This document shows positions 1 through 9,710 of a stretch of 64,000 nt of DNA, in pieces (positions within the stretch are counted from its first letter, which is position 1; every line of letters begins with the position of its first letter). Both the position numbers and the translations under genes were made by a program. Origin of the DNA: Candidatus Saccharimonadales bacterium. Its GTDB lineage: Bacteria; Patescibacteriota; Saccharimonadia; Saccharimonadales; JACDFO01. The notes beneath the pieces are model-generated. The model saw only the letters and a program-made list of their open reading frames with translations. It searched no databases and was not told the origin of the DNA. The DNA lies in contig JBBSLJ010000001.1 in NCBI GenBank assembly GCA_038255465.1, forward strand, positions 54,274-118,273, read 5' to 3'.

Positions 1-179
1 GCAAATAACTGCAGGAATATTTACGATTATAATTGCATTAACTATTCTCACTGGTAACCGCAATAGAGCGCACAAACTTACGCAAAGATTCAAAAAAAGA
101 CATAAGCAACATAAGAACTAGTTTTGCTTTATTAGCAATGTTTATGTATAGTACCGTTAAAGGTAAGCGGGACATACAA

Positions 180-353
180 ATGCTAGAGTTCATTGTTCTT
201 GGGCAAATTCCAGGAACGTCATTACAAATTACATTTTTGCAGGTTCTACTTGCATCGACATTATTAGTGACCGTGAGTAACCTGCGCGTAGTCACGCAGC
301 GCAAGCATATGCGGCGGTTTGCTCAGGACCTTGTTCGGCGCGTAACGTTTTAA
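180..353 (+). CDS. small membrane protein, hypothetical
   Basis: ORF track 138..353; internal ATG at 180 (MLEFIVLGQIPGT...) followed by one hydrophobic stretch; converges on sbcB. Confidence 0.5.
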   Translation: MLEFIVLGQIPGTSLQITFLQVLLASTLLVTVSNLRVVTQRKHMRRFAQDLVRRVTF

Positions 354-1792
354 TCCTCTTCTGGCATAATACTTTGACCGTATAGCTGTAATTCTTCGAG
401 CAAGTATTGCTGTTCGCTGCTTAGATCAGTTCGATCCCCAAGTTCACTTAGTTTGTCAAAAAACTTGGCAAGCCTACTGGAAGTACCTCCGCCCAGCAAC
501 CGATGTTTTCTGAACGTTTCCCATGCAGCCCGATCTTCGTCATGCATAGTATTTGGAAAATTTCGGGCACGATAGAGCATCAGCAATGCTTGTAAGCGCT
601 GGTCTTTAAACTTTGGATTAAGCGTAGCAAGCTCGTCCGGTTGGGCAGCCCTAACTAAACTCATATTGATTTTATCTTGGCTGCTAAAGAAGTCCTCATA
701 CAGCCGAGCATCTACTTCTAGCTCGTCTTCGAGCAGCCTTGCTTGTTGTTTTTTGTCCATAATTTCAAGGCTTTGGGTTAGCTTTTTGCATAGTGCGGTT
801 TGGATTTTTTGAAGCTTCTTAAAATTTGCCTGGAATACCGCCGGGTCAAGCGCTAATCTTTCCTGGCTCGCACTATCGAGTACGTTTAACTGCGCTACTG
901 CTGGGCAGCGGTTATATTTCAGTGTCTTTACTGGCAACCGCGGACCCGTGTCATCCTTGCGCATACGCCAGGCAGTAACCAGCTCAGCCGGCTCAAGTTC
1001 TAAAAAAGGCGTTGGGTCATAACGTAAGTCAAAAACTAACGCCGAACCTGACTGACGTGGATGCTCGCAGAGGGTTGCAACGACGGTTGTCTTTTCGTAT
1101 TCAGCAGCATATTTGCCTGAGGTATATACAAATGGCTGACCACTCTGAATAAGCTGTTGTATCTTGTTTTTGTCTCTTAGAGCGAGTAAATAATCAAAAA
1201 GCTTAGGTTGCTTTGATTTAATCAGCCGGGCAATGTCGATACATGCCCAAACATCACTGAGCGCATCATGAGCATTTTGATGATCAATATTATTTATAGC
1301 AGCCAGCATTTCAAGACGATTAGTTGGTGCGCCTTTTTTATCTACCGGCCACCGAATACCTGTTGGTCTGAGCGCTCTGGTCATTCTTACTAAGTCCAAT
1401 AAATCCCATCGTGATCGCCCGTCGTTCCATTGCCACTCATAAGCATCGTAGTAATTGCGGTACAGCAAAAAACGCATAAACTCGTCATCGAACCTGACGG
1501 TATTAAAACCTAAAAATATGGTGTCCGGCAGGGCTATCTCGGCAAAAAATAATTTTAAAAATTCAGCTTCTGTTATACCTTCTTGAATGGTTTTCTGCGG
1601 TGTAATGCCAGTAATCAGGATAGCGTCCGGTTCCGGCACGATCTCATCTGTCATTTTAATAAGAACATTGTGTGGTTCACCAATGGGCTGCAAGTTCATA
1701 TCAGTTCGCTGGCCGGCAAACTGCATAATGCGGGCATCACGCGGATTAATACCTGACGTTTCTAAATCATAAAAGTAAAAAGTATTAGCCAT
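350..1792 (-). CDS. sbcB: exodeoxyribonuclease I
   Basis: DEDDh motifs YDLETSG, GFNTVRFDDE, AHDALSDV; 480 aa; C-terminal helical domain typical of ExoI. Confidence 0.93.
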   Translation of the reverse strand: MANTFYFYDLETSGINPRDARIMQFAGQRTDMNLQPIGEPHNVLIKMTDEIVPEPDAILITGITPQKTIQEGITEAEFLKLFFAEIALPDTIFLGFNTVRFDDEFMRFLLYRNYYDAYEWQWNDGRSRWDLLDLVRMTRALRPTGIRWPVDKKGAPTNRLEMLAAINNIDHQNAHDALSDVWACIDIARLIKSKQPKLFDYLLALRDKNKIQQLIQSGQPFVYTSGKYAAEYEKTTVVATLCEHPRQSGSALVFDLRYDPTPFLELEPAELVTAWRMRKDDTGPRLPVKTLKYNRCPAVAQLNVLDSASQERLALDPAVFQANFKKLQKIQTALCKKLTQSLEIMDKKQQARLLEDELEVDARLYEDFFSSQDKINMSLVRAAQPDELATLNPKFKDQRLQALLMLYRARNFPNTMHDEDRAAWETFRKHRLLGGGTSSRLAKFFDKLSELGDRTDLSSEQQYLLEELQLYGQSIMPEED

Positions 1793-1817
1793 ATGAACTA
1801 GTCTACCACCACTACAT

Positions 1818-2249
1818 TTATTTCAAACGCTCCCACGGGGCTATGCCGCCTTTTTTAACAGTAAAAAGTGGATGGGGCTGACAGACCGTTTCGGCGAGCC
1901 AGAATTTGTAAGCTTCGGGTGCACGCTGCTGCAACTTAGTCCTTAAATGCTGCCATTCATAGGCCAGCTGCCCATCAGTAATTACTATCTGGCCGCAGCT
2001 TTTCCGCTTTGAAAGCTTGCTTCTGTTAAACGCGTAATGTCTTGTTTCGGCTTCATCACAAATAACATGCAGATATTCGTCTATTGCTAACTCCGTGTCA
2101 GAACATTCTTGAAACCGCAGTAATTGGGGGTGCCGTGTATATCCTTTTGTTTGCCCATCAAGCACCTTTTTTGCGAGCAGACCCTCCCGCCACGCAGCAA
2201 TAAGACCAGCCCGATCAAGATATTTTGGGTGCAACGACCACAGTCTCAA
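1818..2249 (-). CDS. pyrimidine dimer DNA glycosylase / endonuclease V (DenV-like) family protein
   Basis: N-terminus MRLWSLHPKYLD...WREGLLA...GYTRHPQL is the signature of this family. Confidence 0.85.
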   Translation of the reverse strand: MRLWSLHPKYLDRAGLIAAWREGLLAKKVLDGQTKGYTRHPQLLRFQECSDTELAIDEYLHVICDEAETRHYAFNRSKLSKRKSCGQIVITDGQLAYEWQHLRTKLQQRAPEAYKFWLAETVCQPHPLFTVKKGGIAPWERLK

Positions 2250-3527
2250 CTAGTACTCCAAACGGCCAATTTCTGGACTGCCAATTTGGATACGATTACC
2301 TGGTTCAATGTTCTGACGAACTAACCCGTGCATGATTCCCATTTTTTTCATAATGTCGCGCAAGCGCTGCGTACCGTGAAAATTGTCAAAATCTGTTCGT
2401 TTAGCAAATCGCTCGATCTTCTTGCCGGTGACCACATAAACAGTTTCGTTTTTAACAACCTGCCACGCCTCATCATCACTAATTGTTAATACTGGCAGCG
2501 CATCCTCATCCTGCTCGCTGGCAAGTTGCAGCGCCCGTTCGGCTTGAACAATCTTGTGAAGCCTAATGAGAAGCTGCTTTACATTCTGTTTGCTCATTGA
2601 CGATATCGCCACCACTTCGACGTGTTTTGGAACAGCCTTTTTTAACTGCTTTAAAAGGTCTTCAACTATATCCTTATCAAGTCCTTCGATTTTGGTCAGT
2701 GCTACTATCTGAGGTCGCTCAGTCAGATCAATTCTATATGCCTTAAGTTCGTTATAAATAGTCTTGAACGCAGTCGTTAGATCATCAGTATATGCATCAA
2801 TAAGGTGCAGTAGCACGCCAGATCGCTCTACATGCCGCAAAAATTCATCCCCCAGGCCCTTCCCTTGACTAGCACCTTCAATTAAACCGGGAATATCAGC
2901 AATCAGTATGCTGGCGCTGTCACCTAAATCAACCACGCCAAGGTTTGGAGTCAAGGTTGTAAACGGATAGTTGGCGATTTCGGGTTTTGCGTTACTAACG
3001 CTAGCCAGAAAGGTGGATTTACCTGCATTTGGCAGTCCTACAAGACCAACATCGGCTATCATCTTAAGCTCAAATACCAATTCTTTTTCTTCGCCGTCTT
3101 CGCCTTTTTCTGCCACACGAGGCACCTGACGTGTACTTGATGTAAAGTGGGCGTTGCCAAATCCGCCCTTGCCGCCTTTTGCAATTACAACCTTTTGACC
3201 GTCAAAGGTCATATCGACCAACAGATTACCCTCGGGGTCGTTTATAGTCGTACCGACAGGTACTGCAATTATCAGTTCCTGGCCGTTTCTGCCGTGTTTT
3301 CTGCGTTGAGTACCAGGTTGACCAGATGATGCTACCAATAGTTTTTGAAAACGAAAGGCTGCAAGCGTGTTCTGATTTCGGCTGGCCTCTAAAATAATAT
3401 TGCCGCCAGTACCGCCATCACCACCATCAGGCCCGCCTTTGTCTACAAATTTTTCTTGACGAAATGAAACAGCACCGTTGCCGCCGTTACCTGCTTTTAC
3501 TTGTACTACTGCCTTATCTACAAACAT
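2250..3527 (-). CDS. obgE: GTPase ObgE/CgtA
   Basis: Gly-rich Obg fold (GGPDGGDGG), G1 GLPNAGKS, YPFTT, DIPG, C-terminal OCT domain. Confidence 0.97.
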   Translation of the reverse strand: MFVDKAVVQVKAGNGGNGAVSFRQEKFVDKGGPDGGDGGTGGNIILEASRNQNTLAAFRFQKLLVASSGQPGTQRRKHGRNGQELIIAVPVGTTINDPEGNLLVDMTFDGQKVVIAKGGKGGFGNAHFTSSTRQVPRVAEKGEDGEEKELVFELKMIADVGLVGLPNAGKSTFLASVSNAKPEIANYPFTTLTPNLGVVDLGDSASILIADIPGLIEGASQGKGLGDEFLRHVERSGVLLHLIDAYTDDLTTAFKTIYNELKAYRIDLTERPQIVALTKIEGLDKDIVEDLLKQLKKAVPKHVEVVAISSMSKQNVKQLLIRLHKIVQAERALQLASEQDEDALPVLTISDDEAWQVVKNETVYVVTGKKIERFAKRTDFDNFHGTQRLRDIMKKMGIMHGLVRQNIEPGNRIQIGSPEIGRLEY

Positions 3528-3561
3528 ATCATTAGTCTACCTAAACCATTACTGATAATAA

Positions 3562-3585
3562 AACAGGGCTAGTGCAGCCCTGTTT
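3562..3585 (-). terminator. intrinsic terminator downstream of LysM-CHAP gene
   Basis: inverted repeat aaacagggct-agtgc-agccctgttt with A/T tracts. Confidence 0.65.
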
Positions 3586-3608
3586 GCTTGGTACTATTCT
3601 AACACTTA

Positions 3609-4730
3609 TTAGTAAATATATCTAAAATTAGCTGCCTGTTCGGCAGTCATTGTCCTGCTACTTACACGACCCCATCCCGATACGTTCATCTCAGATATAT
3701 GCACAGTACCGTCAGCGTCAACAGATTCTACATAGCCCACATGGCCGTAAAAATCACGAGGTGGGGTCCAAATTACTGCACCTGCAGCCGGCGTGGTACC
3801 GGTAGCTAAGCCAGAGCGAGAGCTTAGATTAAGCCAAGTGCTGGCATTCCCCAGATTGCTTGGTACAGGACGACCAATTTGCGCACGTTTAACTGCTACA
3901 TACCAGGTGCAATAGCCGTAGTCATACCCGTTGCTACCATAGATTGGCGCGTAGCCGCCCCAAGCAAAGCCACCTGATCCAGACATCCGGGCAGTTGTGC
4001 GTGTCACAGGCTGGATACCATCTGGAATCATAATTCGTTGGCCTTCAACCAAACCGCTTACCTCGGCATCATTGAACTCAATAATAGCTTGTTTAGCAGC
4101 ATTAAATCGTGTTGCGAGAGCTTCAGGCGTATCGCCGCTCTTAACCGTATAAATTAACCCATTAACGGGCGGAATAACAATCACCTTACCCACGTCAATT
4201 GTTGCACCGGATAAACTATTACTCCAACGCAGACTGTCTGAAGTAACGCCAAATTTTTCTGCAATACTGGCGACTGTATCACCCGACTGTACGGTGTAGT
4301 CCCGAATGTCACGACGTGATTTTGTAGCCGTTGAAACTACCTGAGTCTTTGCAATAATTTTTTCGTCTGCGGGTGAGATACTGAGCTGTGCGTTAACAGA
4401 ATCGGCATTGTTTTTAACTGATACCGCTTCGTCTAAACGTGCCAAATTTGCGACATGGGCCGCAATATCAGCTGATGATAATTCATCAAGTGGGTTTGAA
4501 TTCGATGCATCAGCAGTGCTGGCTAGCGCATTTTGCTTACTGGTCTGTCCTGTTGGTGTGCTGTTTACAATAAAAACAATGACACCTACAAGCAAAGCAA
4601 TGTTTGCTGTGAGTAGGCTGTATCTAATAAACCTCTTTTGAGATTTAGCGATACGACGACGGAAACTCCGTCGCACGTTTTTTGATTGAGGCGTGAGCCG
4701 TCGGCTCAGTGTTGCTGTTTGTGTACGAAT
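3609..4730 (-). CDS. LysM x2 + CHAP-domain peptidoglycan hydrolase with N-terminal membrane anchor
   Basis: two LysM repeats (YTVQSGDT, YTVKSGDT); CHAP motifs GYCTWYV, GHVGYVE, SEMN. Track start is GTG 4676; an in-frame ATT at 4730 follows AGGAG. Confidence 0.88.
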   Translation of the reverse strand: MRTQTATLSRRLTPQSKNVRRSFRRRIAKSQKRFIRYSLLTANIALLVGVIVFIVNSTPTGQTSKQNALASTADASNSNPLDELSSADIAAHVANLARLDEAVSVKNNADSVNAQLSISPADEKIIAKTQVVSTATKSRRDIRDYTVQSGDTVASIAEKFGVTSDSLRWSNSLSGATIDVGKVIVIPPVNGLIYTVKSGDTPEALATRFNAAKQAIIEFNDAEVSGLVEGQRIMIPDGIQPVTRTTARMSGSGGFAWGGYAPIYGSNGYDYGYCTWYVAVKRAQIGRPVPSNLGNASTWLNLSSRSGLATGTTPAAGAVIWTPPRDFYGHVGYVESVDADGTVHISEMNVSGWGRVSSRTMTAEQAANFRYIY

Positions 4731-4957
4731 GCTTGCTCCTATTGGCGTCTAAAACGCCAGAAAGTAATCATGGTTCTTAATTGTTAAATTTGGAGGTAAC
4801 GTTGTCAATTCCCGGGTTTAAATGTAAAAAAGCATGATTACGTGGTAACACTTTTGCATACTGCTTAGGTGTTACTGAGAAATTGTAGCAAAAAAGACTT
4901 AAAAAAACAAGTTTTTATATCTCTGGTGACCCCTGTTAAATATTTTCTTCACCCCTG

Positions 4958-6037
4958 TTATCGGCAAAGAATTTTACAGTGTTCGGCAATGTTAGCCTCA
5001 TGTTCCTGAATTGTCCGTGCAAAGAATGATTTTCCTTTGTCCGGGCCTTCGTCATCAGCCACGAAATAGAGGAAGTCAGTTGAGGCAGGATTAGCAACTG
5101 ATTCAAGTGAAGACCGGGAAAAGTTACTAACTGGACCGGGGGGCAACCCGTCATTGCGGTAGGTATTGTATAAGGAATCATATGACAATGCCTGGGTATG
5201 AGATAAGTCATCTAATTCACCTCCAAGAGCGGCACCATAGCTTGCAGTCGCGTCTGATTCCAAACGCTGGCCTTCACGGAGGCGTTTTAAGAATACTTGC
5301 GCAATAGTTGGTTTATCTGCTTCCATTCCGGCCTCTTTTTCAACTATAGAGGCCAGAATAATTCCTTGGTGAACAGTAAGACCCTGGCGGACTATGGCTG
5401 CCCTAAGATCAGGTGTAAGTACTTTTTGGAGTTCGTCAAGCGCCGCCGTAATCAGCTGCTGCGGTTTTGTGTTGGCTGTTTTTTGGAACGATTCAGGGTA
5501 AATATAGCCTTCCAGGCTGGCGTCAGCAGGTTTATCGACCAGTGCCGGATGATCTGCATACAGTTTGGGATCAAGCGCTGCTTCAATTTCCTGCTCATCA
5601 AAACCGTAATTACTGAGTGTCTTTTTGACTTCATCCAAACGGTGGCCCGGAACAATCAGCACTAAGTCTATACTGACTTTACCATTTGTTAAGATAGCGA
5701 CTATTTCTTCTACGCTCTGATTTGAGCTAAGCGGGTAGGTGCCGGCTTGTAACGCCTCGCGGGCATCGTTATTACGTACATACCACTCAAAAGCCCAAGC
5801 CGCTTTGATGAGCTTAGCATCCTCTAAAAGCTTGGCTATTTCTTTGACTGACGCACCCGCGGGAATAGTAATTTGTTGAGTTTGTTGCGTGTTGCTTAGC
5901 GGACGCAAGTTTTGTTCATATGTGCGCCTAATAACAAGCACCGTGCTGACAATCAAAACCAAAACAGTTGCGCCAACTATTAGTAAAATTTTAGGCCAGC
6001 GGCGTTTGTAGCCTTTTCCTTGTGCATAGTTGCTCAA
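4958..6037 (-). CDS. mltG: endolytic transglycosylase MltG
   Basis: N-terminal TM; LEGYIYPESF, ASIVEKEA, YNTY...GLPPGP, FLYFV motifs. Confidence 0.93.
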   Translation of the reverse strand: MSNYAQGKGYKRRWPKILLIVGATVLVLIVSTVLVIRRTYEQNLRPLSNTQQTQQITIPAGASVKEIAKLLEDAKLIKAAWAFEWYVRNNDAREALQAGTYPLSSNQSVEEIVAILTNGKVSIDLVLIVPGHRLDEVKKTLSNYGFDEQEIEAALDPKLYADHPALVDKPADASLEGYIYPESFQKTANTKPQQLITAALDELQKVLTPDLRAAIVRQGLTVHQGIILASIVEKEAGMEADKPTIAQVFLKRLREGQRLESDATASYGAALGGELDDLSHTQALSYDSLYNTYRNDGLPPGPVSNFSRSSLESVANPASTDFLYFVADDEGPDKGKSFFARTIQEHEANIAEHCKILCR

Positions 6038-6465
6038 TGTCTTGCCTCCATACTATCTATACTAGCAAGATAATCTTCGAGTATATAGACAGCGGCTAAA
6101 GCGTCGATATCCCCCTTGGAGTATTTCTGGCCACGGGCATCGAGCTCGGCCTCCGCCTGCTTTGATGTCAATGCCTCATCCTGCAAAACTACTTTACAAT
6201 CGCTTATTTCTTGCAAATGACTAGCAAACTTACGCACATATGCTGTTTGATCAGTATCATCGCCACTAAGGTTGCGCGGCAAGCCTACTACCGCTATATC
6301 TGCATGCTCCCTAGTAATAAGCAGCTTAATATCAGCCCAAATATTCTCGTTGTGTGGCATAACTTCAAGGGGACGGGCTAACCGGGCGTATTTGTTGGCA
6401 ATAGCCACGCCTATTCGTCGCTCACCTACGTCTAGAGCTATTATATTATCGCTTTTAGTTGTCAT
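6034..6465 (-). CDS. ruvX: YqgF/RuvX RNase H-fold nuclease
   Basis: ALDVGERRIGVA, VVGLP, DEALTS, IDALAA motifs. Confidence 0.93.
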   Translation of the reverse strand: MTTKSDNIIALDVGERRIGVAIANKYARLARPLEVMPHNENIWADIKLLITREHADIAVVGLPRNLSGDDTDQTAYVRKFASHLQEISDCKVVLQDEALTSKQAEAELDARGQKYSKGDIDALAAVYILEDYLASIDSMEARH

Positions 6466-8125
6466 CCGTATTGCTCTGTTCAAAAATTACAGTAATTTTA
6501 GATGTCTTCTTTGGAGTTACCGAAACCCAGAAAGGGCTATAGGTTATTTGGGCGTCTTCAATGCCCGGTCGGGCTTTGATCGCTGTCAGCCCTGGATTTT
6601 TCTTTTTGCCGGCAATCTCTGACTTAATGGCGTTTTCATCAAGTTGCGGTCCGGCTAGTACTTGTGCTCTAATCGTAACAATGGCATCGCCATTTGGCTT
6701 CTTTTCATCCAGCACGACCCTGACCTTGTCGAGGCCATTATCGAGAATAACTTGTTTTGACTTGTCGTATTTACCTTCTACGCTCTTTTCAACTAGCAAT
6801 TTTAGATCTTCTTTTTTGACACCTAGCAGGGTATAGGTGGATACGATGCTGACTGTTACTTTATCGCCCGCCTCGTTCACTTTGGGGGTTGCAGTTATCA
6901 CTGGCTCGCCTTTAGTGGCAAATGTTTCGCGCAGACCAATTGTTCCCTCTGCTTCCATATCTCCCAGCAAACTGTCCCGTGCCGCGTCGCCTCTATCTTG
7001 AATTTTTTGTCGTGCGTCATCAATGTCTTTTTGAGCCACAACTTTAGTGATAACGGTTGTTCCTCCCGCCATAGCACTTCCATCAGCCGACATTGAAGAA
7101 TAACCTGCCACACTATACGAATGGTCACTTCTTGCTGCAAGATTATATTTATCGCCGCCAGCCTGAGCTAGAACCTTCACGGCCGCAGAAGGTTTATCGA
7201 ATTTACAGGCGCTACCAGTAAAGCCGCTTGGATCAACCGTAACACTCTCAGTAGTAATGAATACTAGATTACTAGCCCTTAGTTCTGTCCCGGCCGGCAC
7301 CGTTCTTGATACATCACCGAGCTTATCTGATTGGTTGCAATTATAAATACGAACAGTACCGGTAGCTTTTTCGCCCTTATCGATCTGGCCAGTCGCTGGC
7401 ACTGATTCTGTATCAGTTTTTTTAATTTCTTTTTGAATGCCTGGTACGACTGTGCCTTCTTCATTTACGGTTGCGGCTTTAGGGCTTACCGTTAATTTGA
7501 GCTCACTGTCGATGGTACTCGAGTCTGTTTTAATAACCACGCGAGCTTTTGGCAGGACCTGTGTTGCAACAAACAAGCCCACAATTATAAGAACTAGCGC
7601 CAGCACACCTAAGATTATTTTTAAGCGGAATTTGTCAAAGTTAGGTATTTTGATTTTCTTTTTCTTAGCAGCGCTAGCCGCCACTACACCGGCTCCGGCA
7701 GCAACTTCTGGCTTGTCATCGTTATCAACCTCGATTGGATCATCGTCCGTAAGTTCACCGACGGATTTTGTTGGGTCAACCTCTACATCATCAATTTCAT
7801 CGCCATCCACAGACAAAGTGTCATCCATGATGCTTGGAACGAGTGGAATGGCTGGCTTACTTTGCAATGTCTTGGCTACGTGAACACCTACGGCGCCCGC
7901 AAGCGGCAGTACTCCGACTTCAGACGTAATTAGCACCAAGCTCTTTTTTGCGTCATCGGCTGTGCGCTTTAGAAGCTTCATATTCACAATGCTTTGCAGC
8001 ACACCGGCGCGCTTTGGCAACACCAAGGCTACGATCTTTTTATCAGAGCTTTTGAGCTTGTCGATGATCGCCGTAATCTCATCATCAATATCAACATAAA
8101 TTGTATCTTTGCTTAAGCTTGGCAT
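6455..8125 (-). CDS. single-pass membrane protein with baseplate-J/gp47-like extracellular region
   Basis: cytoplasmic N-domain, acidic linker, one TM, KATGTVRIY / AQAGGDKYNL / MAGG segments typical of baseplate-J-like proteins; directly downstream of ftsA-like gene. Confidence 0.65.
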   Translation of the reverse strand: MPSLSKDTIYVDIDDEITAIIDKLKSSDKKIVALVLPKRAGVLQSIVNMKLLKRTADDAKKSLVLITSEVGVLPLAGAVGVHVAKTLQSKPAIPLVPSIMDDTLSVDGDEIDDVEVDPTKSVGELTDDDPIEVDNDDKPEVAAGAGVVAASAAKKKKIKIPNFDKFRLKIILGVLALVLIIVGLFVATQVLPKARVVIKTDSSTIDSELKLTVSPKAATVNEEGTVVPGIQKEIKKTDTESVPATGQIDKGEKATGTVRIYNCNQSDKLGDVSRTVPAGTELRASNLVFITTESVTVDPSGFTGSACKFDKPSAAVKVLAQAGGDKYNLAARSDHSYSVAGYSSMSADGSAMAGGTTVITKVVAQKDIDDARQKIQDRGDAARDSLLGDMEAEGTIGLRETFATKGEPVITATPKVNEAGDKVTVSIVSTYTLLGVKKEDLKLLVEKSVEGKYDKSKQVILDNGLDKVRVVLDEKKPNGDAIVTIRAQVLAGPQLDENAIKSEIAGKKKNPGLTAIKARPGIEDAQITYSPFWVSVTPKKTSKITVIFEQSNTDDN

Positions 8126-8126
8126 A

Positions 8127-9419
8127 TTATACCCTTAAAATCCTGTCAATCCGTTCCCTAATCGAATCAGTGGGTCGGTTACTCGCTTGCATAAGCGTAT
8201 CCATTCCGACACGCAACAGACCCATTGCGGTTATGTATGTATGGTCGTTTACTTGGCCTGTTTTGTCAATGATACCAACTACCTGGTCTGGTTCGATGTG
8301 TCTTATTACTGGTCTTCGGGTGAATGGGAGCTTTTTATACCAGTTACCGTTCTCAAGACTATCAACTAGCATAGCAAGCGATGAACCGCCGCCGCAAAGT
8401 AGAACTTGGTGGGGCAGGTGGTCCAGATTATCAAACTCGCCGAGTGCTAAATCGATTCCACTCGTCCAGACATCCAAAGTTTTCTTGAGTGAACCTTCTA
8501 TGATTGCTTGCTTATGGCTGGGAATACGACTGGTACCAATTGCTAATTTGAGGTCTTCTGCTTGAGAAAACTCTATATCCATGGCTCTTTCGATTGAACG
8601 CGTATAGGCGCGACCGCCAATACCGAACATTTTAGTTCCCTGCACACCACCCTCGTTAATAACGGCAATATCGGTGGTACCCCCGCCGACATCCATAAGT
8701 ATGGCACTCATCGTAGCGTTCTCTTGATCACCAATTACCGAACGTGAAACAGCAAAGGGCTCTGCGGCAACAGCCAAAAGATCGAGGTCAAGTTCCTGTG
8801 CCGTTCTCTCTAGGGCGCCGATATGAATTAGCGGAGCAAAGGCCGTATAAAGCTGCACCACCACGTCCTTGCCTTGAAAACCAACAGGATTAGTAACCGT
8901 ATAGCCGTCTATTTCTATACCGACAAGTGCGCTATTAACTAATTTGATTTCAACTTCTTTACCGCCAAGTTCGATTGCCAGCTGCTTTTTTGCTCGCTTT
9001 TCGGCACGTTCTTGAACTAGCGTAATAATCTGTTCAACTTCAGAAATATCAAGTGGTTTGCTCGCGTTCTTTCGGGTACAGCGAACGGTAGTGGTGGTGC
9101 CTTTAACAAGTTCACCGGCGATACCAATCACTACACTACGGACACTAACTCCGGCTTGTTGCTCAGCATCCCTGAGCGCTGTATCACAGTTCTTCACTAC
9201 GGCAGCAATATTTGAAATTGCTCCCGCCTGCATGTCTGATAAGCCCTGATGCGCACGCCCCTGGCCAATAATCTGTAGCTCGTCGCCTTCAACTTGTGCA
9301 ATAAGCGCCTTTACAAACTCGGTACCAATATCCAGGCCAACTAAATACTGACCAGCAGTCTGATTTTTATTTTTGTGCGCTAACGCAGCTTTTTTAAGGT
9401 CTTTGAGGCGATTTAACAT
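8127..9419 (-). CDS. FtsA-like actin/HSP70-fold ATPase
   Basis: GLDIGTEFVK, MDVGGGTTD, LCGGGS actin-fold motifs; no ftsZ adjacent, so likely a paralog. Confidence 0.82.
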   Translation of the reverse strand: MLNRLKDLKKAALAHKNKNQTAGQYLVGLDIGTEFVKALIAQVEGDELQIIGQGRAHQGLSDMQAGAISNIAAVVKNCDTALRDAEQQAGVSVRSVVIGIAGELVKGTTTTVRCTRKNASKPLDISEVEQIITLVQERAEKRAKKQLAIELGGKEVEIKLVNSALVGIEIDGYTVTNPVGFQGKDVVVQLYTAFAPLIHIGALERTAQELDLDLLAVAAEPFAVSRSVIGDQENATMSAILMDVGGGTTDIAVINEGGVQGTKMFGIGGRAYTRSIERAMDIEFSQAEDLKLAIGTSRIPSHKQAIIEGSLKKTLDVWTSGIDLALGEFDNLDHLPHQVLLCGGGSSLAMLVDSLENGNWYKKLPFTRRPVIRHIEPDQVVGIIDKTGQVNDHTYITAMGLLRVGMDTLMQASNRPTDSIRERIDRILRV

Positions 9420-9461
9420 AATCGCTTTTATTGTACCATAAACAGAGGTACATAGGAGATT

Positions 9462-9689
9462 TTAATACTCGCCTGAAACCATAACCCTATCACCGAGCAC
9501 CTCTTCTATGGCCTTGCCGTTAATAAGCTGAACTCCTATATCGCCTACCGCTAAAGGCTCGTAAAGTATCACCTCGTCACGTTGCGCACGTAAATGATTC
9601 TTCAGCGCCTCAATAGCCGATGGAGGCTCCACCACAAGTTGGAATCTTCTTTCGTCACGGCTAAAGATCTCTACGGCTATACGTTCCAC
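9462..9689 (-). CDS. hypothetical protein
   Basis: 75-aa ORF filling the gap between alaS and the ftsA-like gene, same strand. Confidence 0.45.
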   Translation of the reverse strand: MERIAVEIFSRDERRFQLVVEPPSAIEALKNHLRAQRDEVILYEPLAVGDIGVQLINGKAIEEVLGDRVMVSGEY

Positions 9690-9710
9690 AAAAACCCTCT
9701 AAACCTTAAA

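Noticed and set aside
4741-4880. c-di-AMP (ydaO) riboswitch upstream of the wall hydrolase
   Set aside because: The conserved ydaO sequence elements are not recognisable; reported only as an unknown structured leader.
6455-8125. Prophage or contractile injection system
   Set aside because: The baseplate-J-like gene is membrane-anchored and isolated among housekeeping genes; no sheath, tube, capsid or large terminase.
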